Shown piece by piece: positions 1 through 10,103 of a DNA stretch of 64,000 bases. The notes beneath the pieces are model-generated. The model saw nothing but the letters and a program-made list of their open reading frames with translations. It had not been told where the DNA came from and did not search any database. A program made the position numbers and the translations under genes. Source of the stretch: Candidatus Heimdallarchaeota archaeon (GTDB taxonomy: Archaea; Asgardarchaeota; Heimdallarchaeia; Heimdallarchaeales; Heimdallarchaeaceae); assembly GCA_019057815.1 (NCBI GenBank), contig JAHLWR010000012.1:60273-124272 (forward strand). The letters run 5' to 3'. Position 1 is the stretch's first letter. Each line of letters starts with the position of its first letter.

Positions 1-280
1 ACTGATTATTAGAGAGTTTGATAGAAAATATTTTTGGAATTTATTATTAATCCTTTTTGAAAAGATAATGCGTTTTAAAAGCAAATTTTATTCACCAAAA
101 GAATTGCAAAAATTGTGTGAAGAACTTAACTTAGAAGTTTATTATAGGAGACCTAGTAAGGCTACATTTGTTTTGGTAGGTCAGAAGAAGTAGATAAGCA
201 TCAGATCTTAAACACGTAGTATTTTTATAAAGTAAAAAAAGAAAAACGAAGAAAGAAATCACAAATAAGAAGTGTAACAA

Positions 281-778
281 TTGACAACTAAGAAAACACA
301 TCCATCTTTGGGTTTAACACTTTTGAAGCAGTTTAAAGAAGAATGGGGTATGATTAAGCAAGGAATCAATATAATTCCCGATGATAAATGGTCTAAAGTG
401 AATAATGATTGGAGTTTCTCATGGACCGTGCATCATATTATAGAAGCAGCTGATTTCTATTCTAGAAGTACAGCTGATGGGATGAAATGGGGATCAATAG
501 CTAATATTGACTGGGACAATGATTCAAAAGAAATAATAGAAAAAAAGAAATCAAAAGTGACTAAAGCGGAATTACTTAGTTACACAGAAGAAGTCGGTAA
601 GAGATTATCAGAAATTTTGAAAAAATTAAGTGATGAAGAATTAATGAGGAAGGATGGTTTTGACTGGTTTGAATCAATCTTTGAAAAACTAGTTTATTTA
701 TTAAGACACAATGCACATCATATAGGGGAATTAGCTAGAACACTCAGAGAATGGGATTGTGAAAGAATAAAATGGTGA
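281..778 (+). CDS. DinB/YfiT-like family protein
   Basis: 165 aa helical protein with HHIIE near the N-terminus and a C-terminal LLRHNAHHIGEL motif typical of the DinB superfamily. Confidence 0.75.
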   Translation: MTTKKTHPSLGLTLLKQFKEEWGMIKQGINIIPDDKWSKVNNDWSFSWTVHHIIEAADFYSRSTADGMKWGSIANIDWDNDSKEIIEKKKSKVTKAELLSYTEEVGKRLSEILKKLSDEELMRKDGFDWFESIFEKLVYLLRHNAHHIGELARTLREWDCERIKW

Positions 779-946
779 GTAGATTGATACTCATAAATTA
801 TTAGTTTACAAAACGTAAAATGGCATTTCACATATATAAATCAGTTTTTCGATAGTAATCAATGTATTTTTTTTTGATTAAGTTTATATTATAGTTTACC
901 TACTCTATTGGTACAACATTTAATTACAAAATAAAAGGTTTCTAAA

Positions 947-1795
947 ATGAAAAAATCTGCTATATCAATAACATTATTATTTCTTCTTTTATTCAGCTTG
1001 TTTACCGTAAGCACAACACAAGCAATGGATGAACCGGATGAATGGTTTTTCTCTGACGACCTAGTTCCTGGAAGGGAATTTAGTTGGAAATTAGAAAAAT
1101 TTGAAGGCTTTGAAACTGGAGGACTAGATATAACACTTGATGATCAAATGCAAGAAGGAGATTTTTTAAAAGTGAAATTCCTTCAAGATCCAGATGATAT
1201 AGGTATAGATAATCCATTGGAACTTTTCACTACTAGTGAAATGTGGGGAGAGTTTTATATAAATGATAACATAATTACAACTAATGCGTCAGATATATTA
1301 TTGTTTCAAGTTGGTGTAACAGAGTATTTATCAATAATGTTCACAATGCTCTTTATGCCAGTCACGATTATATATGGGAACACTACCGAAAATTTCTTTG
1401 AATTGGCAGTAGAGGATGAATTTTTTACTGATTTTTCTACTTCAATCAATGGTATGTCTTCTTCTTATTCTTTTGCTTTAAATAAAGACCTTTTCATTTC
1501 TAAATCTGAAAGTCATGCAGATTATTCTGAAGGAGATATGTCAATAAAATTTGATGTCTCAACTGAAATTAGTTTTCACATATATCTTGGTATTTTGTAT
1601 AAATATCAAACGGATATTAGTATGGAATTTACAGGGATACCAGATTCTGAAGATGTTTTTACAGAAACACATATGATTTTTAAAAGTACTGAAACTGCTT
1701 CTGGTGATGGTATTACTATACCTTTTAATTGGTTCTATGGTGTTCTTGGATTCCTCCTAATTGGATTAATAGCTAGTATTATAAAAAGAAGATAA
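947..1795 (+). CDS. Secreted, C-terminally membrane-anchored surface protein
   Basis: Signal peptide MKKSAISITLLFLLLF; acidic body; IPFNW followed by a TM helix and KRR tail. Confidence 0.75.
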   Translation: MKKSAISITLLFLLLFSLFTVSTTQAMDEPDEWFFSDDLVPGREFSWKLEKFEGFETGGLDITLDDQMQEGDFLKVKFLQDPDDIGIDNPLELFTTSEMWGEFYINDNIITTNASDILLFQVGVTEYLSIMFTMLFMPVTIIYGNTTENFFELAVEDEFFTDFSTSINGMSSSYSFALNKDLFISKSESHADYSEGDMSIKFDVSTEISFHIYLGILYKYQTDISMEFTGIPDSEDVFTETHMIFKSTETASGDGITIPFNWFYGVLGFLLIGLIASIIKRR

Positions 1796-1842
1796 ATCTT
1801 TTTCTTTCTTTTTTTGTTAAAACTTCTTAAAACAAGGTAACA

Positions 1843-3114
1843 TCAAGATTTATCAGTTTCTCTTAAATATCTACACACATCTTTGTATGCTTTCTCTTCA
1901 AGATTCTTTAGTAACACACTTTTTTTCTCTTGTAGATATTCTTCAATGTAAGGAACTGTGGTTTTTCCTAAATGCAGTTTCTTCCTTTCTAAATCATCCA
2001 TTTCTAAAAGATCTTTTGTATACGTATTTAGAAAATTAGCAGTTTGATTCAACTCTCGTATTTCTAATTTTGAGCTTTTAACAAAGAATCTTTTAAGATA
2101 TTCGATTCTATGCAATAATTCAGATAGCTTAAGATTAGTTCTAATTCTCCCTTCTGGAACATATCGCTTAGCTGTGTAATCTATCTCTAATTCATGTCCT
2201 TTTTTATATCCCTTAATCTCTGGCCATATTAACCCCATTTCCTTGAATTTCTCATAATCCAAATTGCCATATTTATTGTTATTTCCATATAACAGCTCAT
2301 ATTTTGGTAATAAATCAGGAAAATGTTCTTTGACTGTATTCATGAATTCATTTTTATTCTTTCCTGGTTTTAATGTAAGACCCCAACAATAAACGAATTC
2401 TGCTCCTACATCTTTTGCTGTTTTGTAAATTGCATTCATATTTTCATCTGTATCACCTAAAAATGGTAGAGTGGGATAGAAATAGATCCCTGAATGAATC
2501 CCTTCTTCTCTTAGTATCTCTATTGCTTCGAATCGTTCTTGAGAAGTACTAGCTCTTGGTTCGAATATCTTCTGCTCTTTTTCATCATTTAATGTTATTG
2601 TAAAGCTTGCACACGCATAACTTTCTTCATTGATTTTTTTAAGAAGATCTAAATCCCGTAGAATGAGATGGCTTTTTGTCAGAAAATAGACAGGAAACTT
2701 GTAGTCATACGCTATCTGTAGAAGCTTCCTAGTCATTTTTACTTCCTTTTCAGCTGGCTGGTAGACATCACAGACTCCTCCTCCAATAAACAAAACGAAT
2801 TTACCAGGTTGATTTGAACTAGCTGAATCTCGTAAAGAGGGAAAGAAGTCGACTAAAGTGGAAGTCCTTTCGCGTTTTGAAGGAAAAAAACCTTTTTTCT
2901 TAAGATACTGTTCGAGTAATTGAGGAGCGTTAATCTTAACTTTTATGCGATTGGCAAAATCATCGTGCATGTAATAACCTTCAGATTTACCATCACAATA
3001 TTTGCAATCATGGAAACATCCTTGATAAGGATTGAGATATGCTTCTGACCAAGAGAAGAGCGATGTTCTTGAAGTTCGTATTAATGATTTTGCTTCATAC
3101 TCTTCAATTATCAT
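1843..3114 (-). CDS. Radical SAM protein, SplB/Rv2578c-like (putative DNA repair), with C-terminal HhH-like extension
   Basis: LNPYQGCFHDCKYC (CxxxCxxC), DVYQPAE, TKS and FEPRAST motifs; start placed at the second Met, after an SD-like GTGGT (track start 3123). Confidence 0.8.
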   Translation of the reverse strand: MIIEEYEAKSLIRTSRTSLFSWSEAYLNPYQGCFHDCKYCDGKSEGYYMHDDFANRIKVKINAPQLLEQYLKKKGFFPSKRERTSTLVDFFPSLRDSASSNQPGKFVLFIGGGVCDVYQPAEKEVKMTRKLLQIAYDYKFPVYFLTKSHLILRDLDLLKKINEESYACASFTITLNDEKEQKIFEPRASTSQERFEAIEILREEGIHSGIYFYPTLPFLGDTDENMNAIYKTAKDVGAEFVYCWGLTLKPGKNKNEFMNTVKEHFPDLLPKYELLYGNNNKYGNLDYEKFKEMGLIWPEIKGYKKGHELEIDYTAKRYVPEGRIRTNLKLSELLHRIEYLKRFFVKSSKLEIRELNQTANFLNTYTKDLLEMDDLERKKLHLGKTTVPYIEEYLQEKKSVLLKNLEEKAYKDVCRYLRETDKS

Positions 3115-3244
3115 TATAACCACTTTACCTTTTCTTCTTACAATAGTTTTGAATATTTAAGAGCTTATTCTATACAAATGAGGAGTTATAAAATGCTAGC
3201 TATTTACACTATTGATAAACTTGCTTAAAAATAGTCTAAATAGT

Positions 3245-3823
3245 TTAATAATCGTCCGATTCTAGTTTTTCTTTCTTGTCTTTGATGACAATCTGTTCAA
3301 CCAATCTTGTGAAAACAATATCAACATTTTCTCCTGTTAAAGCTGAAGTTTCGATGTATGGGACCTCATATCCCGACCAAACACTCAATTCTTCAGCGTA
3401 TTGTTTTCCATATTTAGGAAGCATCGTTTCTTTGTTACTTCGAAGATCTACTTTATTTCCAATCAAAACAATTGGTAATCTTTTATTCTTATTGTTACTT
3501 ACTAATTCTGCAATCCAGTTAGGTAGTAATCTGAATGTTTCAATTCTTGTTAAGTCGAATAAAACAAGAGCACCTCTACAGCCTCTATAGTAAGCTTTAC
3601 GAATGTCTTTGAACAAAGGTTGACCTGCAAGATCCCAAATAAGCAAATTATATTGGATATTGTTCAAGCTGATTTTTTTAGAAGCGAAATCTGATCCCAT
3701 GGTTAGAATATAGTCTTCTTTGAAAGTTTCACCTAAAAACGTCCGTCTTAGAGAGGTTTTACCTACACTACCTTCACCAAGCAAGGCTAGCTTGAATTTG
3801 TATTGAATCAATATTAACACCAA
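3245..3823 (-). CDS. Rab-like small GTPase
   Basis: GEGSVGKT, TMG, WDLAGQ, GNKVD, ETSA; no C-terminal Cys. Confidence 0.92.
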   Translation of the reverse strand: MVLILIQYKFKLALLGEGSVGKTSLRRTFLGETFKEDYILTMGSDFASKKISLNNIQYNLLIWDLAGQPLFKDIRKAYYRGCRGALVLFDLTRIETFRLLPNWIAELVSNNKNKRLPIVLIGNKVDLRSNKETMLPKYGKQYAEELSVWSGYEVPYIETSALTGENVDIVFTRLVEQIVIKDKKEKLESDDY

Positions 3824-3900
3824 GCAATTTTCAAATATTCTTATATTTAGCTAAATAAAGAGTTTTTGGCTTTAATTAGTGAATTAAGCTATTTTCAAAA

Positions 3901-4467
3901 CTATCGCGATTCAATCTCATCTTCATAAGTTTGCTTCATCAATTGCTCGGTTAGAGTCTTAAAAGCAGGTTCAACATTATCACCATTTTGAGCAGAAGTT
4001 TCGATATAAGGGATTTTAAAGCCACTCCAGATACTAAGTTGCTCAGCGTAATCTTCTCCAAAACTACTTGGGATAGTTTTTATAATAGAACCTCTTAAAT
4101 CTGATTTATTGCCTACAAGAACCATAGGTATTTTTTTATTTTTATTATTATTTAGTAGAAGTTCCTCTATCCATGAAGCAAGCATTTGAAAGGTATCACC
4201 TCTAGAAAGATCAAAAACCAGTAAAGCGCCTTTAGTTCCCCTATAGTACGCTTCTCTAACCTCTTTAAACCTAGTTTGACCTGCAAGATCCCAAATAACA
4301 ATAGTGTATTCAACATTATCAAGGATGATTCTTTTTGTAGCAAAGTCAGCCCCAATTGTCATAGCATAAGATTTCTCAAATGACTCTCCTAAATATTGTC
4401 TACGAAGACTAGTTTTTCCAACAGCGCCTTCACCAAGCAAAGTAACCTTGAACAATTTATGTTCCAT
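3901..4467 (-). CDS. Rab-like small GTPase (tandem paralog of 3245..3823)
   Basis: GEGAVGKT, TIG, WDLAGQ, GNKSD, ETSA. Confidence 0.92.
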   Translation of the reverse strand: MEHKLFKVTLLGEGAVGKTSLRRQYLGESFEKSYAMTIGADFATKRIILDNVEYTIVIWDLAGQTRFKEVREAYYRGTKGALLVFDLSRGDTFQMLASWIEELLLNNNKNKKIPMVLVGNKSDLRGSIIKTIPSSFGEDYAEQLSIWSGFKIPYIETSAQNGDNVEPAFKTLTEQLMKQTYEDEIESR

Positions 4468-4647
4468 ATAAACACCCTACTTCTACTGTAAATTGTCAAT
4501 CAATAATAAGTAGGACAGTCATAATATATAAATTTTTGTTCATTACAAAGATGCAAAAAAACCTGTAAAAAATACTACTATTAAAAATAAATACATATTG
4601 AACATACATATGAAAAAGAATATTAATACAAGATAAAAATTAATCAC

Positions 4648-5121
4648 GTGTCACAGAATGTTAACAGTGAAAATCTTGAGTCTTGCATTGAGTCAGGCCA
4701 ATCTAATTGCATCAGAGATTTTTGCCTTGAGTATATTGACAATTGTGATTTTTCTAGTAGCTATCAAATTGATGAAGTCTGTACAAAAGGTAATACTAAA
4801 CTCTTCTGTGGATATTTTAAAGGAGTTTATGGTCTAATAGAAATAGAAAATATTGGATTATATCCTATAGAAGTTGAACATATAGAAAGCCATCTTATTC
4901 CAGGTATTAGAGAAAGGATACAACATCTTCCAAGAAGAAAAGGGATGGATAACTTCAATTATGAGACAACTGCAAATGGAATAGTAATCCGTTTTTACGT
5001 AATTGTGAGCGGTGATAGACCAATAAAAGAAGAGCTGGTTAAGTTAGTTGATGATCTATCTCCAGCACTTGAATTTTTAACAAAATATATAGAAGGAGTA
5101 ATAATTAGGAGAGATAAATAA
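4648..5121 (+). CDS. Hypothetical protein with Cys-rich N-terminus
   Basis: 157 aa ORF filling an intergenic gap; no recognised motif. Confidence 0.55.
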   Translation: MSQNVNSENLESCIESGQSNCIRDFCLEYIDNCDFSSSYQIDEVCTKGNTKLFCGYFKGVYGLIEIENIGLYPIEVEHIESHLIPGIRERIQHLPRRKGMDNFNYETTANGIVIRFYVIVSGDRPIKEELVKLVDDLSPALEFLTKYIEGVIIRRDK

Positions 5122-5215
5122 AAACAGCTTACATATCACAAGTCCAATTTCACAATAGAGCAAAGTGAAAACTCTAGTGATTAAGAGATTAATGTTTAGA
5201 TTACAGATTTACACA

Positions 5216-5350
5216 TCATCTGGAAGTAAATTGAGATATCTTATCACTTCCTATTAATATCTCCTCTTTAATTTCACTTCCTACCACTTCATCAACGCAT
5301 CTAGAAAAATTTTTTAGCCAGTATTTATCAAAATCGAAATCTTCTGACAT
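5216..5350 (-). pseudogene. Truncated third paralog of the adjacent DUF6144/V4R-like genes
   Basis: Hand translation MSEDFDFDKYWLKNFSRCVDEVVGSEIKEEILIGSDKISQFTSR* aligns with DFIKMWLEDRFSKHLDEEVGEKLRTEIM of 5376..6140; purine-rich leader upstream. Confidence 0.6.
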
Positions 5351-5375
5351 TTTTCTTCTTCCCCGTTAAAAGCTT

Positions 5376-6140
5376 CTATTCCTCTTCTTTTTTAATATCC
5401 TTTGGTAAATGAATAATAAAATCACATGTGTTATCTCCGTTAAGAATCGACTTCACCATTTCTATTTCCAATGGTTGTTGAACAATTCTTTCCCAGAATT
5501 TCTTATAGAATCCTCCACTACATTCGCAGAATAATGGTGAAACATCTACACCTGTGTTGATTGAGTTTCTTATCCATGGACAGTGACAATACAATTTTCT
5601 TTTTTCCTTCTCATCATTAGTTTGATTGTATTCTGTAGAAGAATGAGGTACTTTTTGTATGTAGATTTTACTCCCTTTTCTTACGCCTGATTCAATTAAA
5701 GGATTATTCTTAACTAATTCTAGCGTTTTTGCATCAACATTCCAGAATCCTTCTTCATGAGCTTTTTTATGTAGTTTGACTGTGATAGTATGGTTAAGTT
5801 TTAGTACTTCATCTATATCTTTTGTTTCGTTAAACTTTTCTGATAATTGATCGAAGATTGGACCAGTGAGTAAACACCCACAATCATTCAGAATTCCCTT
5901 TCTTTTAATATAATCTTCAATTGACGTTTCAAGTCGTTCCATTGCACCTTTAAGCCATCGAGCTTTTTCTTCAGGAAGGGATTTATTAGAAAGATGACTC
6001 CATTCACCCATTATTTCTGTTCTTAATTTTTCACCAACTTCTTCATCTAGATGTTTTGAGAATCTATCCTCTAACCACATCTTTATGAAATCTTTATCTT
6101 TTGAAACACCTTCTTCACCAAAATCTTCTTCTGTAATCAT
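5376..6140 (-). CDS. DUF6144/V4R-like Cys-containing protein
   Basis: CGC, YCHCP, FCECSGG, SILNGDNTCDFII pattern; start at the second Met (track start 6149). Confidence 0.7.
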   Translation of the reverse strand: MITEEDFGEEGVSKDKDFIKMWLEDRFSKHLDEEVGEKLRTEIMGEWSHLSNKSLPEEKARWLKGAMERLETSIEDYIKRKGILNDCGCLLTGPIFDQLSEKFNETKDIDEVLKLNHTITVKLHKKAHEEGFWNVDAKTLELVKNNPLIESGVRKGSKIYIQKVPHSSTEYNQTNDEKEKRKLYCHCPWIRNSINTGVDVSPLFCECSGGFYKKFWERIVQQPLEIEMVKSILNGDNTCDFIIHLPKDIKKEEE

Positions 6141-6519
6141 AATCACCATTTAGTCTTTCCTGATCTATCTTTGTTGTCTAATTCTTAGAAATGCTACAAT
6201 AAGAAAAGTTGAAACATTTATTTACTTTATCTCCAACAATAAATTATTATTCTTATTTTATGAGAACGATACTTATCTTAAGATAAAAGCGGCTATGTTG
6301 CGAAATACTTGCGTTTATTAGAAAAAAAGAAATGAGAAGAAAAAGAAATATTCTGAAATAGGGAAATAGATACCAAATAAATTTTTTTCTTTTTCTTAAA
6401 GTGAATACACTAATTAGTGCTAGGAGCACTGAATAAATGATTGTATATAGAATATAATGAAAACACAAATAAAAAATTACTCATTACTTCAAAATGTTTC
6501 TAACTAATTTTAAATTAAG

Positions 6520-7002
6520 CTAGCTAGTTCTTTTTATCGTAAAATTACAGCTCTTTCCTCCTCTTAACACTGTTTGATTGATTTCCACCTCAACTTCATT
6601 ACCAAAAATAGTTTCGAAGTTTTCTTTTAACCAATTTATTGAACAGTTGCATAATATTGGTGAATCAGTCAATTCAAGAGCTACTAATGGACAATAGCAT
6701 TTATTGTAAGAAGCTGAAATTTCTTTATCAGAAATCTTGGTATATATTTCTGAACCCATTTTTTCGTTTAAAACTTTGATTAATTTATCCATATCTCCTT
6801 CTACTTCTTTCCAAGTATCTTCAAATAATGTTTTTGCATGAGCTTGAGCACATGCTCGACCTGACATTTCAAGAATTTGTTTTCTAGTTTTTTCATCATC
6901 AATTTTTTTAATACCTTCCATTAAACCATTAATCCAAGAGCTAATAAAATCTTTAACCCAAATATCCCATTCAGATACTTGTTCATCTTCATTCATAAGC
7001 AT
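6520..7002 (-). CDS. DUF6144/V4R-like Cys-containing protein
   Basis: GRACA, CYCP, LCNCS, TVLRGGKSCNFTI. Confidence 0.7.
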   Translation of the reverse strand: MLMNEDEQVSEWDIWVKDFISSWINGLMEGIKKIDDEKTRKQILEMSGRACAQAHAKTLFEDTWKEVEGDMDKLIKVLNEKMGSEIYTKISDKEISASYNKCYCPLVALELTDSPILCNCSINWLKENFETIFGNEVEVEINQTVLRGGKSCNFTIKRTS

Positions 7003-7046
7003 GTATAGAATGATAATATTATATATTTTTTGTAAAAAAAAAGGAA

Positions 7047-7952
7047 TTATTCTGAAATGGGGAAATAGATATCAAATAGTATTTTTTCTCCATCTCCTTC
7101 TTTGTTTGTGTTTTGTTCAAGACATTGATGAGATGCTAAGTTGTATTTATTGCTCTCTTTCACCCAATCATAGAGATTTTTCCAAACTTCTCCAAGTTTA
7201 TGAACTCCTTTACATCTAGATACGACATATAGGCTTCCTTCGAATTCTTTTATGTTAATATCGTCGTCTACTTCAAAGTCTAGAGGTAAAGAAACCCAAA
7301 ACTCATAACCATAAGGATTGTCTTTGTCTACAAGAAATTCTTTTGTCTCTTTGATATATTTAGGATCAGGGTTATTAAATCCAAAGATCTTGAATTTAGG
7401 ATCTTCGAATATTCCTCTAGGTTTAGCCCAGTTTCCTAGTTTTTTAGATGCTTTTTCCTCTGGGTTTCCTAAAAATTCCCCCATCGCATGAAATGATGCT
7501 ACTTTCATAGATGGTAATTTCACAATTCTAAATTGTTCGCTTTCGTTCATTTTTATCCCACTGCTAGTATTTGTATATCTTTGAATCATCGCTTCATAGC
7601 GACGACTTATAGCTTCCAACCTTTGTTGTTCTCTCATTTTAATTTCTAAGAAAACTTTTGATGACGATCTTAAGATATCTTCTCCATCTTCAGAAACTCT
7701 GTATAGTCCTCGGTCTATTTTTTCAACTAACACTTTTTCGAGTAGTTGATTAAGATGGTTAGCTAGAGTTGTTTTAGGTATATTCATCTCATCTTGAAGG
7801 TTCTTGAATTCCTTTTCTTCTACTAGAAGCCGTGCAAGGATTTCAAGACGGATAGGGTTATCTAGTGCTTTATGAAGGTCAGCTAATTCTTGAAGAGATT
7901 CAAGAACAAATAGTTTAAGGTCATATTTCGAATTCAAAGGCTGGTCACTCAT
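7047..7952 (-). CDS. ArsR-type wHTH fused to a GyrI-like effector-binding domain
   Basis: KALDNPIRLEIL...TTLANHLNQL HTH; C-terminal FGFNNPDP, YGYEFWV, CLEQ...DIYFPI GyrI-like features. Confidence 0.8.
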   Translation of the reverse strand: MSDQPLNSKYDLKLFVLESLQELADLHKALDNPIRLEILARLLVEEKEFKNLQDEMNIPKTTLANHLNQLLEKVLVEKIDRGLYRVSEDGEDILRSSSKVFLEIKMREQQRLEAISRRYEAMIQRYTNTSSGIKMNESEQFRIVKLPSMKVASFHAMGEFLGNPEEKASKKLGNWAKPRGIFEDPKFKIFGFNNPDPKYIKETKEFLVDKDNPYGYEFWVSLPLDFEVDDDINIKEFEGSLYVVSRCKGVHKLGEVWKNLYDWVKESNKYNLASHQCLEQNTNKEGDGEKILFDIYFPISE

Positions 7953-7995
7953 GATAACCACATTTAGAATTATTATAAACCTAGGTCGTAGAACA

Positions 7996-8019
7996 CTGGA
8001 ATTCTGGTATTCTGGAATT
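7996..8019. promoter_or_regulatory. Three 8-bp direct repeats (CTGGAATT/CTGGTATT/CTGGAATT), possible operator
   Basis: Seen directly in the divergent intergenic region upstream of the ArsR-GyrI gene; function inferred. Confidence 0.35.
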
Positions 8020-8166
8020 TATGAACATTGTAATATATATATTACAAATAATAAACTTTATGCGGATATTTTTGGTCAAACTAAATACTTTTATTGACTT
8101 CTTAAAAACTACGAGCGATGAAAAAAGGGTTTATTATAATTCCTTTTAATTGTCAAGAAGTGTGTT

Positions 8167-9402
8167 GTGATTAATATGCATGAAAAAGTCAGTGAATCTG
8201 CAGAAGAAAACAAGAAAATTATTAAGAGATTGATAAAAAGGTTACATGAGGGAGAAGATCCTGCTAAAGTCAAAGAAGAGTTCAAAGAAGTAATGAAAGG
8301 ACTTACTCCACTTCAAATCTCACAAGCTGAAGAATTATTAGTAAAAGAAGGAATGCCAGCAGAAGAGATGTATCACATGTGTGATGCACATCTGGCTGTT
8401 TTAGAAGAATCATTGAACGATGACATAAACATAGCTCCTGAAGGACATCCAATTAACATTCTTATGCAAGAACATACAATGGTTTCAAAATTTGCAAATG
8501 AATTAAGGGAGTTAGCTTTAGATGTTAAGGATAAGCAATCATTTACAGAGATAGTAAAGGAAAAATGGGATAAAATTGTAAGCATTGTTAATCACCTTAA
8601 AGCTTCAAAAAGTCATTACTTACGCGAAGAAAATGTTCTTTTTTCCTATCTAGAAAAACATGGTATCACACAACCTCCCAAAATTATGTGGATGGAACAT
8701 GATAAAATAAGAGAAACAGAAAAAGATTTATTCTCACTTATTGATAACAGAGAAAATTCTGATTTCAAAGATTTCACAGATAAACTATATACTAATGCGC
8801 ATAGTTTAGCAGAGCTTCTTGTAGGACACTTCTCAAAAGAAAATAAGATATTATTTCCAACAGCTTTACAAGTATGCTCTGAAAAGGAATGGAAAGAAAT
8901 AAGAGAACAATTTGATGAAATAGGTTATTGTTGTTTTACTCCAGAACTACCAAAACTTGAGACAATCGAGGAGCAAAAAGTTCCATTAGCAACAAAAGAT
9001 AACAATCTGATCGATTTTGGCACAGGAACTCTAACAATTGATCAACTAAAAATGATTTTTGAACATCTTCCTATAGATATAACATTTGTTGGAAAAGATG
9101 ATACAGTTAAATTTTACAGTGAAGGACCTAAAAGAGTATTTGTTAGAACGCCATCAGTAATTGGCAGACATGTGTCCAATTGTCATCCAAATAAGAGTGT
9201 AGATAAAGTTTTAGAAATAGTTGAAGGATTCAAAGAAAAAACTCTTGATTCAGCAGAATTTTGGTTAGAAGTTGGAGGAAGAATGATCTTCATTCGCTAT
9301 TTCCCTGTTAGAAACAAAGAAGGGGAATATCAAGGTGTGCTAGAAGTTACGCAAGATATAACAGAAATAAGAAAAATAGAAGGAGAAAAAAGACTCCTCT
9401 AA
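8167..9402 (+). CDS. DUF438 + hemerythrin + PAS domain protein
   Basis: IKRLHEGE...MCDAH; HPINILMQEH, HYLREE, HFSKEN hemerythrin motifs; LPIDITFV...NCHP...LEVTQD PAS_10. Confidence 0.9.
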   Translation: MINMHEKVSESAEENKKIIKRLIKRLHEGEDPAKVKEEFKEVMKGLTPLQISQAEELLVKEGMPAEEMYHMCDAHLAVLEESLNDDINIAPEGHPINILMQEHTMVSKFANELRELALDVKDKQSFTEIVKEKWDKIVSIVNHLKASKSHYLREENVLFSYLEKHGITQPPKIMWMEHDKIRETEKDLFSLIDNRENSDFKDFTDKLYTNAHSLAELLVGHFSKENKILFPTALQVCSEKEWKEIREQFDEIGYCCFTPELPKLETIEEQKVPLATKDNNLIDFGTGTLTIDQLKMIFEHLPIDITFVGKDDTVKFYSEGPKRVFVRTPSVIGRHVSNCHPNKSVDKVLEIVEGFKEKTLDSAEFWLEVGGRMIFIRYFPVRNKEGEYQGVLEVTQDITEIRKIEGEKRLL

Positions 9403-9557
9403 GTTTTTTTCTTTATGGTTGGTTTTTTCAAGATAATCCTTATTTAAACAATCTACCTCAAGTGCAAGACATGTTCAGTTTTTTGAATAAAGTACTTTTT
9501 TGGTTATTTAGCAACATTTTTTATAGTTAAATTTTTTTTATATTCGAGCTAGTTAAT

Positions 9558-10061
9558 ATGAAAAAAATGACTGAAGAAAATCTAAAATCAGCATTCGCAG
9601 GCGAAAGTCAAGCTTCTATGAAGTACACTCTTTTTGCAGATATTGCGGAAAAAGCTGGAAAAACAAATATTGCTAAACTTTTCAGAGCTACCGCTTACGC
9701 TGAACGAATTCATGCCATGAACCATTTGAAAGTTCTTAAAGGGATAAATGATTCATCTGAAAATTTGCTTTTAGCAATTAACGGAGAAAAATTTGAAATT
9801 GAAGAGATGTACCCTGCATATATTGCTGTTGCAGAAGAACAAAGTGAGGAAAAAGCTACTCGAACATTTAGATGGGCTCTAGAAGCTGAAAAAGTTCATA
9901 GTGAACTTTACATAGAAGCTAAAGAAGCTGTAGATGATGATAAAGACATTGATATAAACAAAGTCTATATATGTCCTGTATGTGGATGGACACACGTAGG
10001 AGAACCTATAGATAAGTGTCCTATTTGTGGTCTTAAATTCGAGAGATTTAAGGAATTCTAA
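9558..10061 (+). CDS. rbr: Rubrerythrin
   Basis: AFAGESQA, AERIH, EEMYP, AEKVH diiron motifs; CPVCG...CPICG rubredoxin domain. Confidence 0.92.
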   Translation: MKKMTEENLKSAFAGESQASMKYTLFADIAEKAGKTNIAKLFRATAYAERIHAMNHLKVLKGINDSSENLLLAINGEKFEIEEMYPAYIAVAEEQSEEKATRTFRWALEAEKVHSELYIEAKEAVDDDKDIDINKVYICPVCGWTHVGEPIDKCPICGLKFERFKEF

Positions 10062-10103
10062 TTAACACTTATATATCTAAAGAAAAACATATTATTTACT
10101 TAA

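Noticed and set aside
6253-6468. 71-aa hydrophobic ORF between the V4R-like genes
   Set aside because: Very AT-rich with no motif; could be chance or a decayed remnant.
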